Origin: a virus
Strand: one strand, 5' to 3'
Virus record (IMG/VR): IMGVR_UViG_3300009678_000001
DNA: 64,000 nucleotides
This document shows positions 17,275-25,741 of this stretch, in pieces. Below the pieces are notes generated by a model. That model worked only from the letters and a program-made list of their open reading frames with translations, was not told where the DNA came from and did not search any database. Both the position numbers and the translations under genes were made by a program. The first letter of the stretch is position 1; each line of letters opens with the position of its first letter.

Positions 17275-19371
17275 ATGAGTAAGCTATTACTAGTTTTGTG
17301 TTTTTTAACTTTCTTTGGTTTTAATGTAAACGCTCAACAAGCTTGGATAGGCAAGTTTAAAGAGAATGGCGGCAATGGTTTAGCGGGAGAAATTGTTAAT
17401 TCGCGTCACTTAAAGCACCTTGATTTGCATAGGTTTGAATTTAAAAACACCGAAGTAGCAGAAAAACTCCTTTCTAGTGGCCGATTTGAGTTTTTGGAGC
17501 CAGATGAAGAAATCTCTATAAGCGCTATACCAAATGACACTTTTATATCTTCTCAGTGGGCAATTACCAACATAGAAGCTGACTTAGGATGGGACATTTC
17601 AACGGGTTCTGATGAGATTGTTGTAGCTGTTGTAGATACGGGCATTTGGACCCAACACAGCGATTTAACCAATAATCTTTGGAAAGACCCTCTCTCGGGC
17701 GCAAGCGGTTGGACTGCAAGAGGAGGGGTATTAACTGAAGGGGTCACAGATGACCATGGACATGGTACGCATGTCGCGGGAATTATTGGCGCAACAGGTA
17801 ATAACAATAAAGGTGTTGCTGGTTTAAACTGGAAAGTGAAACTTGCGGGGTTTAAGTTTATAGGTTCAAGTGGAACGGGCAGCAGAGGAGACGCTTTTTT
17901 GTGTCTTGATAAGATAATTGAATTAAAGAAACGAGGTATTAACATTAGAGTTGTAAACAACTCATGGGGGAGCACGAGTAAAGATTATACCTTATCTTTG
18001 GCAGCAGCTTTTAAAAAGCTAGAAGAAAACAACATCCTTGCAGTAAATGCCGCAGGTAATGAAAGTCAAAATGGTGACATTAACAGTTTTATGCCAGCTA
18101 ACCTTACCAATAATAATGTCATTTCAGTTATGGCTAGCACCCCCTTTAATAAGAAAGCATCTTTCTCCAACTTCGGGTATACCAGCGTTGATATTGCTGC
18201 TCCGGGTTCTAGTATCTTAAGCACTGTGCCACAAATAAAAGCCGCTTTAGGAACTTCTACAGGTTATAAAATGGCTAGCGGAACGTCTATGGCCGCTCCT
18301 CATGTAGCTGGACTTGCTGCTTTAGTTTTATCTTTAAATCCTTATTTAACAGTTGACCAAGTTAAAGAAGTTATTTTAAATAATGCTAGTTATGATTTAA
18401 TGGATAGTCCCACCAAAAGTCAAACAGGCGGCAAAATCAACGTTAAAAAAACTTTATCGAACCCTCTTGTTTATCGACCAGAGAAGAACCATAGTCCTGT
18501 TTTATTTGTTAAATATCCTACCAATGTTGTAGGGGGGCAAAGAATTACAATTTACGCATCTGCGATTGACCCGGACGGCGACCCTGTTAAAATTATTATC
18601 TCACCACTTGATACACTTTTTCGAGAAAAAACAAGCACAAACGCTGCCGGAACCAATGTTTCGTTTCTTTCACCTAAATATGTGATTGATTATGTTTGTA
18701 AAGCGCGAATTATAGCATTAGATAATAACGGTTCGTCCGCTGAACAATATATAAATATCAATATCCTTAAAAATGGTATTTATGCGCCAACATTTGGTTT
18801 AGAAACTGTTGTTATAAATAATCCTACTAATTCTCTGCATCCTATTGCTCGCGCCTGCTTAACCGAAGGAAGTATTATACCTCAGAAGTTAACATATGGT
18901 TATCTTTTTGGATTAAACGGTGGAGTTCAGGCTAATACTAGTTTTTTTGGAACTTTAACCAATTGTGCCAGCAAAACCGCCACATATGCCAACGGCATTT
19001 CAAATAAATCAATAGTTGTTTATACTATAGCAGAGACTCCTAAAAAAGAGTTAGTTTATTCTCCTTATACTTATTTTAGAGTCGGCACAGAAACTAGCTC
19101 TACTACTCAAGCGCCCATTATAGACCTTAAACTGAGCGCCCAATCTGGTTACGGCCCTTTGAACATAGCCTTTGATTTTAGTGGATGTAAAGACCTTTAT
19201 GGACCTGTAACTTTTATAATCGACAAAGAATCCAATGGCCAGCGCGTTTATATTCCCGAAAAAGGAACGTTGACCTATCCTAATGTGGGCACTTTCAAGT
19301 CAAGATTGACAGTGCAGGGAAAATATTTTAGTGTGTCGGCATGGTTTTACGTAACTGTGTTAACACAATAA
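17275..19371 (+). CDS. secreted subtilisin-like serine protease (S8) with C-terminal beta-rich domains
   Basis: Signal peptide MSKLLLVLCFLTFFGFNVNAQQ. Catalytic triad contexts VAVVDTGI, HGHGTHVAGIIGA and SGTSMAAPHVAGLAAL. About 300 aa of extra C-terminal sequence with DPDGDPV. Confidence 0.93.
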   Translation: MSKLLLVLCFLTFFGFNVNAQQAWIGKFKENGGNGLAGEIVNSRHLKHLDLHRFEFKNTEVAEKLLSSGRFEFLEPDEEISISAIPNDTFISSQWAITNIEADLGWDISTGSDEIVVAVVDTGIWTQHSDLTNNLWKDPLSGASGWTARGGVLTEGVTDDHGHGTHVAGIIGATGNNNKGVAGLNWKVKLAGFKFIGSSGTGSRGDAFLCLDKIIELKKRGINIRVVNNSWGSTSKDYTLSLAAAFKKLEENNILAVNAAGNESQNGDINSFMPANLTNNNVISVMASTPFNKKASFSNFGYTSVDIAAPGSSILSTVPQIKAALGTSTGYKMASGTSMAAPHVAGLAALVLSLNPYLTVDQVKEVILNNASYDLMDSPTKSQTGGKINVKKTLSNPLVYRPEKNHSPVLFVKYPTNVVGGQRITIYASAIDPDGDPVKIIISPLDTLFREKTSTNAAGTNVSFLSPKYVIDYVCKARIIALDNNGSSAEQYININILKNGIYAPTFGLETVVINNPTNSLHPIARACLTEGSIIPQKLTYGYLFGLNGGVQANTSFFGTLTNCASKTATYANGISNKSIVVYTIAETPKKELVYSPYTYFRVGTETSSTTQAPIIDLKLSAQSGYGPLNIAFDFSGCKDLYGPVTFIIDKESNGQRVYIPEKGTLTYPNVGTFKSRLTVQGKYFSVSAWFYVTVLTQ

Positions 19372-19378
19372 AAAACAT

Positions 19379-19570
19379 ATGAACGTTCACGAAGCTCTTG
19401 TGAAATTAAAAGCAGGTGGATATGTAAAATGCCCCAAGGAATATGTTGGACTTTTTAGGTGGTATGCTGGAAAAATAACTTTTACTTGTCCTGACAATTG
19501 CTGTGAATGGGATTACACAGAAGAAGAGTTTTTGGAACGAGAAAAAAATTCAGAGTTCGAGGAGCTTTAA
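19379..19570 (+). CDS. hypothetical protein
   Basis: 63 aa, contains CPKE..CPDNCCEW. Confidence 0.55.
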   Translation: MNVHEALVKLKAGGYVKCPKEYVGLFRWYAGKITFTCPDNCCEWDYTEEEFLEREKNSEFEEL

Positions 19571-19586
19571 AGAGTAAACTCCCGCC

Positions 19587-19614
19587 TTGACAAAACAAAA
19601 AAACCTGTTATCCT
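19587..19614 (+). promoter_or_regulatory. class I sigma70-type promoter (leaderless geometry)
   Basis: TTGACA-16-TATCCT, then 6 nt to the ATG at 19621. Confidence 0.55.
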
Positions 19615-19620
19615 GTCTTT

Positions 19621-19974
19621 ATGAATAGACGCGGTTTTTTTACGGATTTAGCCTCAGGGTTGATTGTGTCGGCTGCACCGACAATTTTCGCGCCTCAACT
19701 CATTAAGCCAATCTGGAAGCCTTTCAGGTATATCCGCGCAGGGGAGTATATTCGGGTCAACAGACAAAATGTAATTGAAATGGGAGAAATGTTTCATGAC
19801 CGATTAGCCAATAAACTTATACGTAACCCTCTACCTAACTTGTTTGAAATAAATCAAGTGGCGGGTATGACGTGGTATAAACCACGCTTCTATAGTAACA
19901 CTCCTGTTCTGACTGAATTAGACATTGTCAATTCTATTATATCTGAATATACAATGGTCGAACTACGTGATTAA
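19621..19974 (+). CDS. exported protein with twin-arginine-like signal
   Basis: 117 aa. N-terminus MNRRGFFTDLASGLIVSAAPTIFAP fits the S/T-R-R-x-F-F plus hydrophobic-stretch pattern. Confidence 0.55.
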   Translation: MNRRGFFTDLASGLIVSAAPTIFAPQLIKPIWKPFRYIRAGEYIRVNRQNVIEMGEMFHDRLANKLIRNPLPNLFEINQVAGMTWYKPRFYSNTPVLTELDIVNSIISEYTMVELRD

Positions 19975-19975
19975 C

Positions 19976-20311
19976 ATGACTAAAACTTACCGGCTAAAGT
20001 TGGACGACAAATATTTTGACTATTGTTATAGGGGTCAGATGTTTTGTTGCTGTGATTTTATAGAACGAATTTTTGGGTCTTTGCCCCCTAAGATAACACT
20101 CGCCGCTTCAACAACAAAAAAACAGGGCACTAGAATTTATGTCAAAAAACAGATATGCGAAGAGGAGACGTTTTGGTGGTGGCGGCACGACTGGGAAAGT
20201 AAAACAACAATATATACTCTGTCTGGTTGTGTTGAGGAAAAGTTAACCAAGCTGTTTCCGAATGTTAAAGTAGGGGAGCAGATTGCTGTTTGGGTGAACG
20301 TTACAAAATAA
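19976..20311 (+). CDS. hypothetical protein, family B paralogue
   Basis: 111 aa. C..F..RIFG..PPKITL..W.W..Y..LFP pattern shared with 20556..20918 and 41565..41897. Confidence 0.6.
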   Translation: MTKTYRLKLDDKYFDYCYRGQMFCCCDFIERIFGSLPPKITLAASTTKKQGTRIYVKKQICEEETFWWWRHDWESKTTIYTLSGCVEEKLTKLFPNVKVGEQIAVWVNVTK

Positions 20312-20317
20312 TTTATA

Positions 20318-20551
20318 ATGAAAAGCCAACTCGTTTTTAACATCTTAAAAAGGCCATTTCCTAAATTAATGCAAATGAAAAGAAAGAATTATATTGTTCT
20401 TTTTGAAAAAGATAGTTGCGGCACTGTAATACATGCCCCTTTAACCCCTCCAGACTGCCAATCTTATAGTTTAGGATATTATGCCGATAATTGGGCTATG
20501 GAAGGCTTTGAAGAAATGCCGGAAGGAACTCAGGTTGTAATTTCAATATAA
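20318..20551 (+). CDS. hypothetical protein
   Basis: 77 aa, packed on the same strand. Confidence 0.5.
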   Translation: MKSQLVFNILKRPFPKLMQMKRKNYIVLFEKDSCGTVIHAPLTPPDCQSYSLGYYADNWAMEGFEEMPEGTQVVISI

Positions 20552-20555
20552 GGAG

Positions 20556-20918
20556 ATGAAAATTTTTGAACTTGCTCTTTCGGAGTCTAATTATTGGGTA
20601 TACGCAGAAAGAAATGGAGAAAAAAAGTTACTGCGAGCATTATGCGCAAATTTTGTCTGGCAATTAATTGAAGGAAAACCTGAAAAGATAAGGGTCACTG
20701 TCGATACCCAACCGATTGAAGGGGCAAAAAAGCTTAAAGTTTGGCCAAACTTTTATGGTTGGTGTTGGTCAAATCCCGAGATGAATTTTACGATGCAAAC
20801 TGATACTGCGCCAGTATATACATATGCCTCAGAGGTACTGAATAATATCTTTGGACAACATGTTGGAAAACATAGTGACAACAGCTTTGATATTTGGCTC
20901 TTGATTGAACCATCATAA
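20556..20918 (+). CDS. hypothetical protein, family B paralogue
   Basis: 120 aa. LCANFVWQLIEGKPEKIRVTVDT..KVWPNFYGWCW..VYTYASEVLNNIFG. Confidence 0.6.
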   Translation: MKIFELALSESNYWVYAERNGEKKLLRALCANFVWQLIEGKPEKIRVTVDTQPIEGAKKLKVWPNFYGWCWSNPEMNFTMQTDTAPVYTYASEVLNNIFGQHVGKHSDNSFDIWLLIEPS

Positions 20919-20921
20919 ATA

Positions 20922-21116
20922 ATGACCCTAGAACAAAAAACTAGAAGTTTATTAAGGCGAGTGCTGCGGCTTGACTGTTTATCTTCTGAGATTGATTATG
21001 AAGTGCAACTTTACAAGCTCCAAAAAGAAGTTAGAAAACATTTAAAAGAATTGCCAAAGTTACGAAAATGTTTAGGTTGTGGTTTTGTGCATAACGGCGA
21101 CTGCGCGACTATATGA
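20922..21116 (+). CDS. hypothetical protein
   Basis: 64 aa, helical and basic, with a C-terminal CLGCGFVHNGDC. Confidence 0.5.
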   Translation: MTLEQKTRSLLRRVLRLDCLSSEIDYEVQLYKLQKEVRKHLKELPKLRKCLGCGFVHNGDCATI

Positions 21117-21295
21117 AAAACATAAAACTTATAAACATTGTTCAGGCTCTAGATAATGAAGTCGGTATTACTGATAAAGACATGGTTGAAACTATTAAGT
21201 TTTTAACTAACGTCCTTGATTCCAAAGATAGTGTTAAAAAGGTCTGGAAGCATGTTAAAGATGCATATGAATATGAGTTTTGTAAACCATCATGA
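21113..21295 (+). CDS. hypothetical protein
   Basis: 60 aa, ATGA overlap with the upstream gene. Confidence 0.5.
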   Translation: MKNIKLINIVQALDNEVGITDKDMVETIKFLTNVLDSKDSVKKVWKHVKDAYEYEFCKPS

Positions 21296-21420
21296 AACAA
21301 ACCGCTTTAGATATCTTACTTACAGACCCTGAATTTTTGGCCGCTTTCGGCGCTTTTATTACTGGTATGATAATATATGTTGCTGTTATGTGGTATAGAG
21401 ATTGGAGAAGAGAAAGATAA
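21292..21420 (+). CDS. small single-pass membrane protein (below the ORF-track cutoff)
   Basis: 42 aa: MKQTALDILLTDPEFLAAFGAFITGMIIYVAVMWYRDWRRER. ATGA overlap with the upstream stop. TM helix followed by a basic tail, holin-like in shape only. Confidence 0.4.
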   Translation: MKQTALDILLTDPEFLAAFGAFITGMIIYVAVMWYRDWRRER

Positions 21421-21425
21421 AACTT

Positions 21426-21686
21426 GTGAAAATTCAAATCGAAAAATCAGAAGGCCATTATAGGGCAGATTGTCTGGATTTGCCCGGAACTCCTCCTGTA
21501 GGATTAGGGGAAACGCCAGAAATGGCCGTCGCCTGCTTATTTTATAGGATGATGTTTGAAAGTCCCGGTGGCCCAAACAGTTATCAAAGGTATCGTTGGT
21601 TTGATTCAATTGAAAAAGGCGAGCCTATTATTGTTAATGACAAGATGTGGAGCTATCCCCCTTCTTATTTAAAAGATTTGAGATAA
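21426..21686 (+). CDS. HicB/UPF0150-like fold protein
   Basis: IQIEKSEGHYRADCLDLPGTPPVGLGETPEMAVACL resembles the HicB-type ..PdlPGc..qGeT.eEA.. motif. GTG start chosen just after the previous stop (the track uses TTG at 21402). Confidence 0.4.
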   Translation: MKIQIEKSEGHYRADCLDLPGTPPVGLGETPEMAVACLFYRMMFESPGGPNSYQRYRWFDSIEKGEPIIVNDKMWSYPPSYLKDLR

Positions 21687-21690
21687 AATT

Positions 21691-21879
21691 ATGAGTAAAT
21701 TGTATCAAATTTATGAACATGATTTGGCTATTCTTGAAAGCGAGCTACCAAGGTTGTTAGAAAGGCCAAACTGCGATGATGTAATTGTGCGCAAAAGGTG
21801 GGAAGCCATAAAAAAGATTATTTGTGACATAAGATGGGATTATGGTCCACCGTTAGAGAGTTTTATTATAGAGGAATAA
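21691..21879 (+). CDS. hypothetical protein
   Basis: 62 aa, last gene of the plus-strand block. Confidence 0.55.
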   Translation: MSKLYQIYEHDLAILESELPRLLERPNCDDVIVRKRWEAIKKIICDIRWDYGPPLESFIIEE

Positions 21880-21898
21880 TAATTGGTTTGTCCTCATG

Positions 21899-22043
21899 TT
21901 TTGAAAACACCTTTTAAAAAAGAGCGTCTGGCCGAAATTTTAACTTAGTAAATGGTTTGAAAACTCCACTTTTTAAAATGATGGGTGGGCTTTTATATAC
22001 AAGAAAGAAAGACAATATTTGAAAAGTCACCTTTTAAAATAGG
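21899..22043 (+). repeat. three dispersed copies of TTTGAAAA(C/G)nCaCCTTTTAAAA
   Basis: Copies start near 21899, 21956 and 22018 in the 350-bp non-coding convergence zone. They resemble the -35 plus spacer of class I promoters but lack a good -10 box. Confidence 0.6.
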
Positions 22044-22150
22044 TAGTGGAACGAATTTAACCCCCCCGCGCCCAATTCCGCCATAAGCCTCCCTTACTTT
22101 TTCATTAACACCCCCCCGGTCGAACTTATACTGCCTTTTCGCGTCAAGGC

Positions 22151-22180
22151 ACAAAAAAAGCGAGCTTATTAGGCTCGCTT
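22151..22180. terminator. bidirectional intrinsic terminator at the convergence of the plus and minus blocks
   Basis: AAAAAAA-GCGAGC-ttattag-GCTCGC-TTGTAGTGTTTTT. The minus strand reads the stem followed by TTTTTTT. Confidence 0.75.
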
Positions 22181-22230
22181 GTAGTGTTTTTAAGCTAAAT
22201 TAGTTTACTTTTCTGTGGGTGTTTGCTTCC

Positions 22231-22458
22231 TCATCCCAAACAAACAGGCTCTTGCCAAGTATCGTAATTGACCCATTGACGCATTAGGAGCTTGTGTGTG
22301 TCTTTGCTAATGGTTCCACCGTCAAGTAGGAATTTAATAAACTCTGCAATGGTCATTAAAGGATAATCTACTGGCATGTTGACTGCATTGTTATAAGTGG
22401 CAACGTAAACGCCTACAATGGCGCTTGCCCTATCGAGGTCAAGATATTGATTATTCAT
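22231..22458 (-). CDS. hypothetical protein
   Basis: 75 aa. AAAGGA lies 8 nt upstream of the ATG (SD-type start, unlike most of the block). Confidence 0.6.
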   Translation of the reverse strand: MNNQYLDLDRASAIVGVYVATYNNAVNMPVDYPLMTIAEFIKFLLDGGTISKDTHKLLMRQWVNYDTWQEPVCLG

Positions 22459-22484
22459 GGTCTAATCCTTTCAGATTAATGGGT

Positions 22485-22721
22485 TTACTTGGCTTCTGGA
22501 AAGGTCATCCAGAGCTTATGCAAAGCAGTCATAGTATTAGAGAAACCTTGACACACATCGTCAACCAAATAGAACTGTAGCTTGCCAAGGTCTGTATCTA
22601 TTTCCATTCCTTCACTGCTAGGTATTTGAGAACAAACCCTAGCGCCAACCGTATTGAATTTCTCCATGAGGGTTTTGACTTCTCCCCTAAGAGCTTTGAT
22701 ATCGTCTTTTATAGAATTCAT
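22485..22721 (-). CDS. hypothetical protein
   Basis: 78 aa. Leader TAGAGTAGGATTGTGGC-ATG shares a 12-mer with the leader of 22807..23997. Confidence 0.6.
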   Translation of the reverse strand: MNSIKDDIKALRGEVKTLMEKFNTVGARVCSQIPSSEGMEIDTDLGKLQFYLVDDVCQGFSNTMTALHKLWMTFPEAK

Positions 22722-22754
22722 GCCACAATCCTACTCTACACCTGCCTAAATGCA

Positions 22755-22786
22755 AACAAAAAAGGGAGGATTTTTTCTCCTCCCTA
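22755..22786 (-). terminator. intrinsic terminator
   Basis: Minus strand reads GGGAGGA-gaaaaaa-TCCTCCC-TTTTTTG, 20 nt after the stop of 22807..23997. Confidence 0.75.
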
Positions 22787-22806
22787 TATTGCTCTCCTAC
22801 AATGAC

Positions 22807-23997
22807 TTAGGAATTAATCACTAGTCTACTTACCTTGGTTTGTTTGTTCCCCTTCCATTCTTCATGAGCCTTAACTGTAAAAGTAGCATTGACCATGGTA
22901 CCCATAGGCACATTGACGTTTGTTCCACTCTTCCAGATAAGCCTAGAGCCATCATTAGCGCTAAAGGAGTGTATATAGGTGTAACCGTAAGCAGAATCAA
23001 ACCCAGTAGACTTTAGGTAGGTTATTGGCTCATTCTTAACCCGTTTACCGACTAGTCCAAAGTAGTTTTGAGTAGCTGCAATCCTAGCTCTTTCAATTGA
23101 ACGCGCATAGAACTCAGGGACAAAGGCCAGAATACCCGTATTTTTCCATTCTACAGCCTCACACTTGCAAACTACTAACAGACTATGCTCAAAATCTGTA
23201 ATGGCCTCAGAGTCTTTGTTTTCTAGGGTCTCAATAACATACTCCTTTGCCTTACTAGCTAGAATAATATCGCAATCCTCTGGTCTATGGTAGTCAACGC
23301 CCAATCTCCAATCTTTTGCAGGGTGCATCCAGTCAGACGCCCTATCCTTAGTAGCAATACCTAGGGTTTCTTGTGCTTTCTTGCTCCCTATAAACCCAAA
23401 AAACCTTATAACGCACGCTGCATAGGCCAGAAAACTCTCTACGTGACACAGTGAACGCCCGCAACCATACCCACCTAAGCCTTCTGATATTTCGCAAGCT
23501 TCTCTAAGTGAGAAGGCTAATTCTGCCATAGCTGCCAATCTTTCGGGACTATTGTGTCCCAAAAAATCACGTAAGCAATTGCGCCCTACCATCTTACGTG
23601 AACCGTCATCATGCAAAACAATAAAGGTTTCTATCCTATATCTAGCTTGCTTGCAATGGTCACAGTGTTGCGCACCCGTTCTAAACTCTCCTAATTCCGC
23701 CTCAATTCCGGGTGCTTTCCTTAGGATGTTTCCTTCCTCTGTATGCTCTACTACAGCCGCAAGCGTCCAACCATTAAACTTAGGCGCTTCCCCAGAGACT
23801 TCTACAAAATGATATCTATCTACTCTGACAACTAGGCCAGAAATATCGTCCTTAATCTGTATGTCCTCCGTTCTGCCCGTCTCATTAAAGACAATTAAAG
23901 GGCAACCCAGTTTGATAGCTTTCTTGTTAAGCTTGGCAATTTGCTCCCTAAGAGAGTAAAGGTTGCCCGAATAGACTCTATAAACGTTAGAATTCAT
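22807..23997 (-). CDS. hypothetical protein with CxxC..C cluster
   Basis: 396 aa. HCDHCKQARYRIETF..GRNCLRDFLG. SD-like TAGAGTAGGATTTAAAC-ATG. Confidence 0.7.
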   Translation of the reverse strand: MNSNVYRVYSGNLYSLREQIAKLNKKAIKLGCPLIVFNETGRTEDIQIKDDISGLVVRVDRYHFVEVSGEAPKFNGWTLAAVVEHTEEGNILRKAPGIEAELGEFRTGAQHCDHCKQARYRIETFIVLHDDGSRKMVGRNCLRDFLGHNSPERLAAMAELAFSLREACEISEGLGGYGCGRSLCHVESFLAYAACVIRFFGFIGSKKAQETLGIATKDRASDWMHPAKDWRLGVDYHRPEDCDIILASKAKEYVIETLENKDSEAITDFEHSLLVVCKCEAVEWKNTGILAFVPEFYARSIERARIAATQNYFGLVGKRVKNEPITYLKSTGFDSAYGYTYIHSFSANDGSRLIWKSGTNVNVPMGTMVNATFTVKAHEEWKGNKQTKVSRLVINS

Positions 23998-24023
23998 GTT
24001 TAAATCCTACTCTAGTCGCCCAT

Positions 24024-24055
24024 GACACACAATATCTTTTTTATCCTTATGTCAA
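24024..24055 (-). promoter_or_regulatory. atypical class I promoter copy
   Basis: TTGACA plus the conserved AAAAAAGATATTG block, but with 20-nt spacing and a poor -10 (TGTGTC). Followed by a 26-nt SD-containing leader. Confidence 0.35.
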
Positions 24056-24213
24056 ACTACTTCTTCCTGTTGTTCTTCCTGTTGTTCTTCCATCTCTTTC
24101 TCACCTAGGCAATCATGACACAACCCGTCAACGTCATTAATGTCAAGTAAGATGTGTATATGAAACACTTGTCCACATTTGGGACATGTAAAGATATTAG
24201 ACAAAGAATACAT
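24052..24213 (-). CDS. zinc-ribbon micro-protein (below the ORF-track cutoff)
   Basis: 53 aa: MYSLSNIFTCPKCGQVF..GLCHDCLGEKEMEEQQEEQQEEVV. Its TGA stop lies inside the TTGACA of the next promoter. Confidence 0.5.
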   Translation of the reverse strand: MYSLSNIFTCPKCGQVFHIHILLDINDVDGLCHDCLGEKEMEEQQEEQQEEVV

Positions 24214-24256
24214 GAGAAGTTAGGGTTTAGTCACCTCACCCCTTTTTGATTTTAGG

Positions 24257-24784
24257 CTATTCGCAGGTTATAGCGTGACTTCGCTCTGTAGCCCATTCTG
24301 GCAAATCTCCCTGTTTTTCTGCCATCCTAAAGTAGGAGTAGGCTTGTGCAAGGGGTTTAATGAAGTAAACGCATTCCATGGCATTCCAGTCCGCCGTTGC
24401 TAGTTCTTGTGCCACGATTGGCAGTCCGCCACCCTTGACCCCTTTAAACTTCATTAGCTCCTGTTTGTGTGTGCCGTCGACACACATGCGTAACTCTTGA
24501 CGTATCCTTAGACCATAAAGAAACTGTTTAGGTGTAGCAGTAACATAGGCTAACCCATTGTTAAGGAATTCAAGCTCGCCGTCAAAACAGTGAACCGCGT
24601 AAAGAGTATTAAAGGCATTAAGTATGCTTTCCTCTGTACCACTGAATAGCACATAGACGCTAGTACCATTCAATTGCTTTTGAACCTCACAACCACAGAT
24701 AGTTAATTTATTCATGCTTAAAGAATAATCCCCACAAGACAAGGATGCAAGTTTTTTTTTAATATTTTTTAATATTTTTTTCAT
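24257..24784 (-). CDS. hypothetical protein
   Basis: 175 aa, ATGA overlap with the ardC-like gene. Confidence 0.65.
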   Translation of the reverse strand: MKKILKNIKKKLASLSCGDYSLSMNKLTICGCEVQKQLNGTSVYVLFSGTEESILNAFNTLYAVHCFDGELEFLNNGLAYVTATPKQFLYGLRIRQELRMCVDGTHKQELMKFKGVKGGGLPIVAQELATADWNAMECVYFIKPLAQAYSYFRMAEKQGDLPEWATERSHAITCE

Positions 24785-25653
24785 GCTGCAACCGCCTCAA
24801 CATCAAGCTCTTCTGTAGGCTCTTCTGCCTTTGGATTAAGTTTTTCCATGACCCATTCAAACCTTTTTTGCGCTTGTCCACTAGCGCCAACAATCAGTTT
24901 GCAGTCATCACGCAATTGACTAATCCAGTTATTAAGATAGGCTCCGCTATTTTTGATTGTCTTACTAATGTCTATTCCGCAGTAGCTAGCAAAAAAGTTT
25001 GCACCTATTTCCGCAGTAAGTTCCTCTTTGCTATAAGATTCGTTCCCAAAATTACAGTCAAGAGTGACGCCTACTTCCTTACTAAGCCAGTGAGTTAATT
25101 CATGGAACAATGTGCAGTAATACTCTTCTACGCTGCCAAATTTCTCCTTTAAGGGCATGTATACAGTATGCTCTGAGGGTCTGTAGCAAGCCCTATCGCC
25201 ACTATGGATGACATTAACGCCCGTAGCCAGTACTAGCTTTTCAGCCTCTTCTATTGGCATAAAGTCAAGTCTGTTTTGCGCTGGCAGCTTGACCTTTACG
25301 TTCTCAGTATCTTCCAAGGCAAACACTGTATAATACCTTAAAAGAGGGATTGTCTTTTCCTCTTTGTTACCCGTAGGGCCGACTTTTTGCTCTTTAAGCA
25401 TTTTCCAGAATACTACAGGAATTCCCTTAGCTCCCTTTTTAATACTTCCGCCCGCTGCCCTTGCTTGATTGAAAGTCAAGAACCATTCTCCCTTGTCAGC
25501 TATAGCGCACATAAGAACATTAACTCCCCTATACGCCTTTTTGCTAATACAGTTACCATACCTAAAGCTACTCCAAGGTTTGTGCCATGGAACACTCTTA
25601 TTCTCTTCCATCGCCTTAACTATTCTGTCAGTGATAATTTCATATGTATTCAT
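24781..25653 (-). CDS. ardC: ArdC-like antirestriction protein (ssDNA-binding N-domain plus zincin-like peptidase)
   Basis: YEIITDRIV..SVPWHKPW..YRGVNVLM matches the ArdC N-domain pattern. C-terminal HELTHW metallopeptidase motif. Start set at the ATG 6 nt after the -10 box. Confidence 0.8.
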   Translation of the reverse strand: MNTYEIITDRIVKAMEENKSVPWHKPWSSFRYGNCISKKAYRGVNVLMCAIADKGEWFLTFNQARAAGGSIKKGAKGIPVVFWKMLKEQKVGPTGNKEEKTIPLLRYYTVFALEDTENVKVKLPAQNRLDFMPIEEAEKLVLATGVNVIHSGDRACYRPSEHTVYMPLKEKFGSVEEYYCTLFHELTHWLSKEVGVTLDCNFGNESYSKEELTAEIGANFFASYCGIDISKTIKNSGAYLNNWISQLRDDCKLIVGASGQAQKRFEWVMEKLNPKAEEPTEELDVEAVAA

Positions 25654-25659
25654 AGGCTC

Positions 25660-25687
25660 AATATACATAATCTTTTTTGCGCCGCAA
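25660..25687 (-). promoter_or_regulatory. class I promoter
   Basis: TTGCGG-16-TATATT, 6 nt to the ATG at 25653. Confidence 0.6.
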
Positions 25688-25702
25688 GCATTATTTTAAA
25701 AT

Positions 25703-25741
25703 AAATAAAAAAAACCCCTAAAGCATTGAGCTTCAGGGGTT
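25703..25741 (-). terminator. intrinsic terminator
   Basis: Minus strand reads AACCCCT-15 nt loop-AGGGGTT followed by TTTTTTTTATTT. Confidence 0.6.

Noticed and set aside
17553-17975. 140-aa minus-strand ORF inside the subtilase gene
   Set aside because: It is antisense to a gene with unambiguous catalytic motifs, so it is a shadow ORF.
21880-22230. tRNA gene in the non-coding convergence zone (also checked at 48650-48690)
   Set aside because: No acceptor-stem pairing, no GTTCRANNC T-loop and no D-loop GG could be placed. The 48653-48678 hairpin has a 10-bp stem and 6-nt loop, which is incompatible with a T-arm.
24061-24092. Short tandem repeat TTCTTCCTGTTG x2.5, and AATATTTTTT x2 at 24751-24775
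   Set aside because: Both lie inside coding sequence and simply encode EEQQEEQQEE and KKILKNIKKK low-complexity tails. No further significance is apparent.
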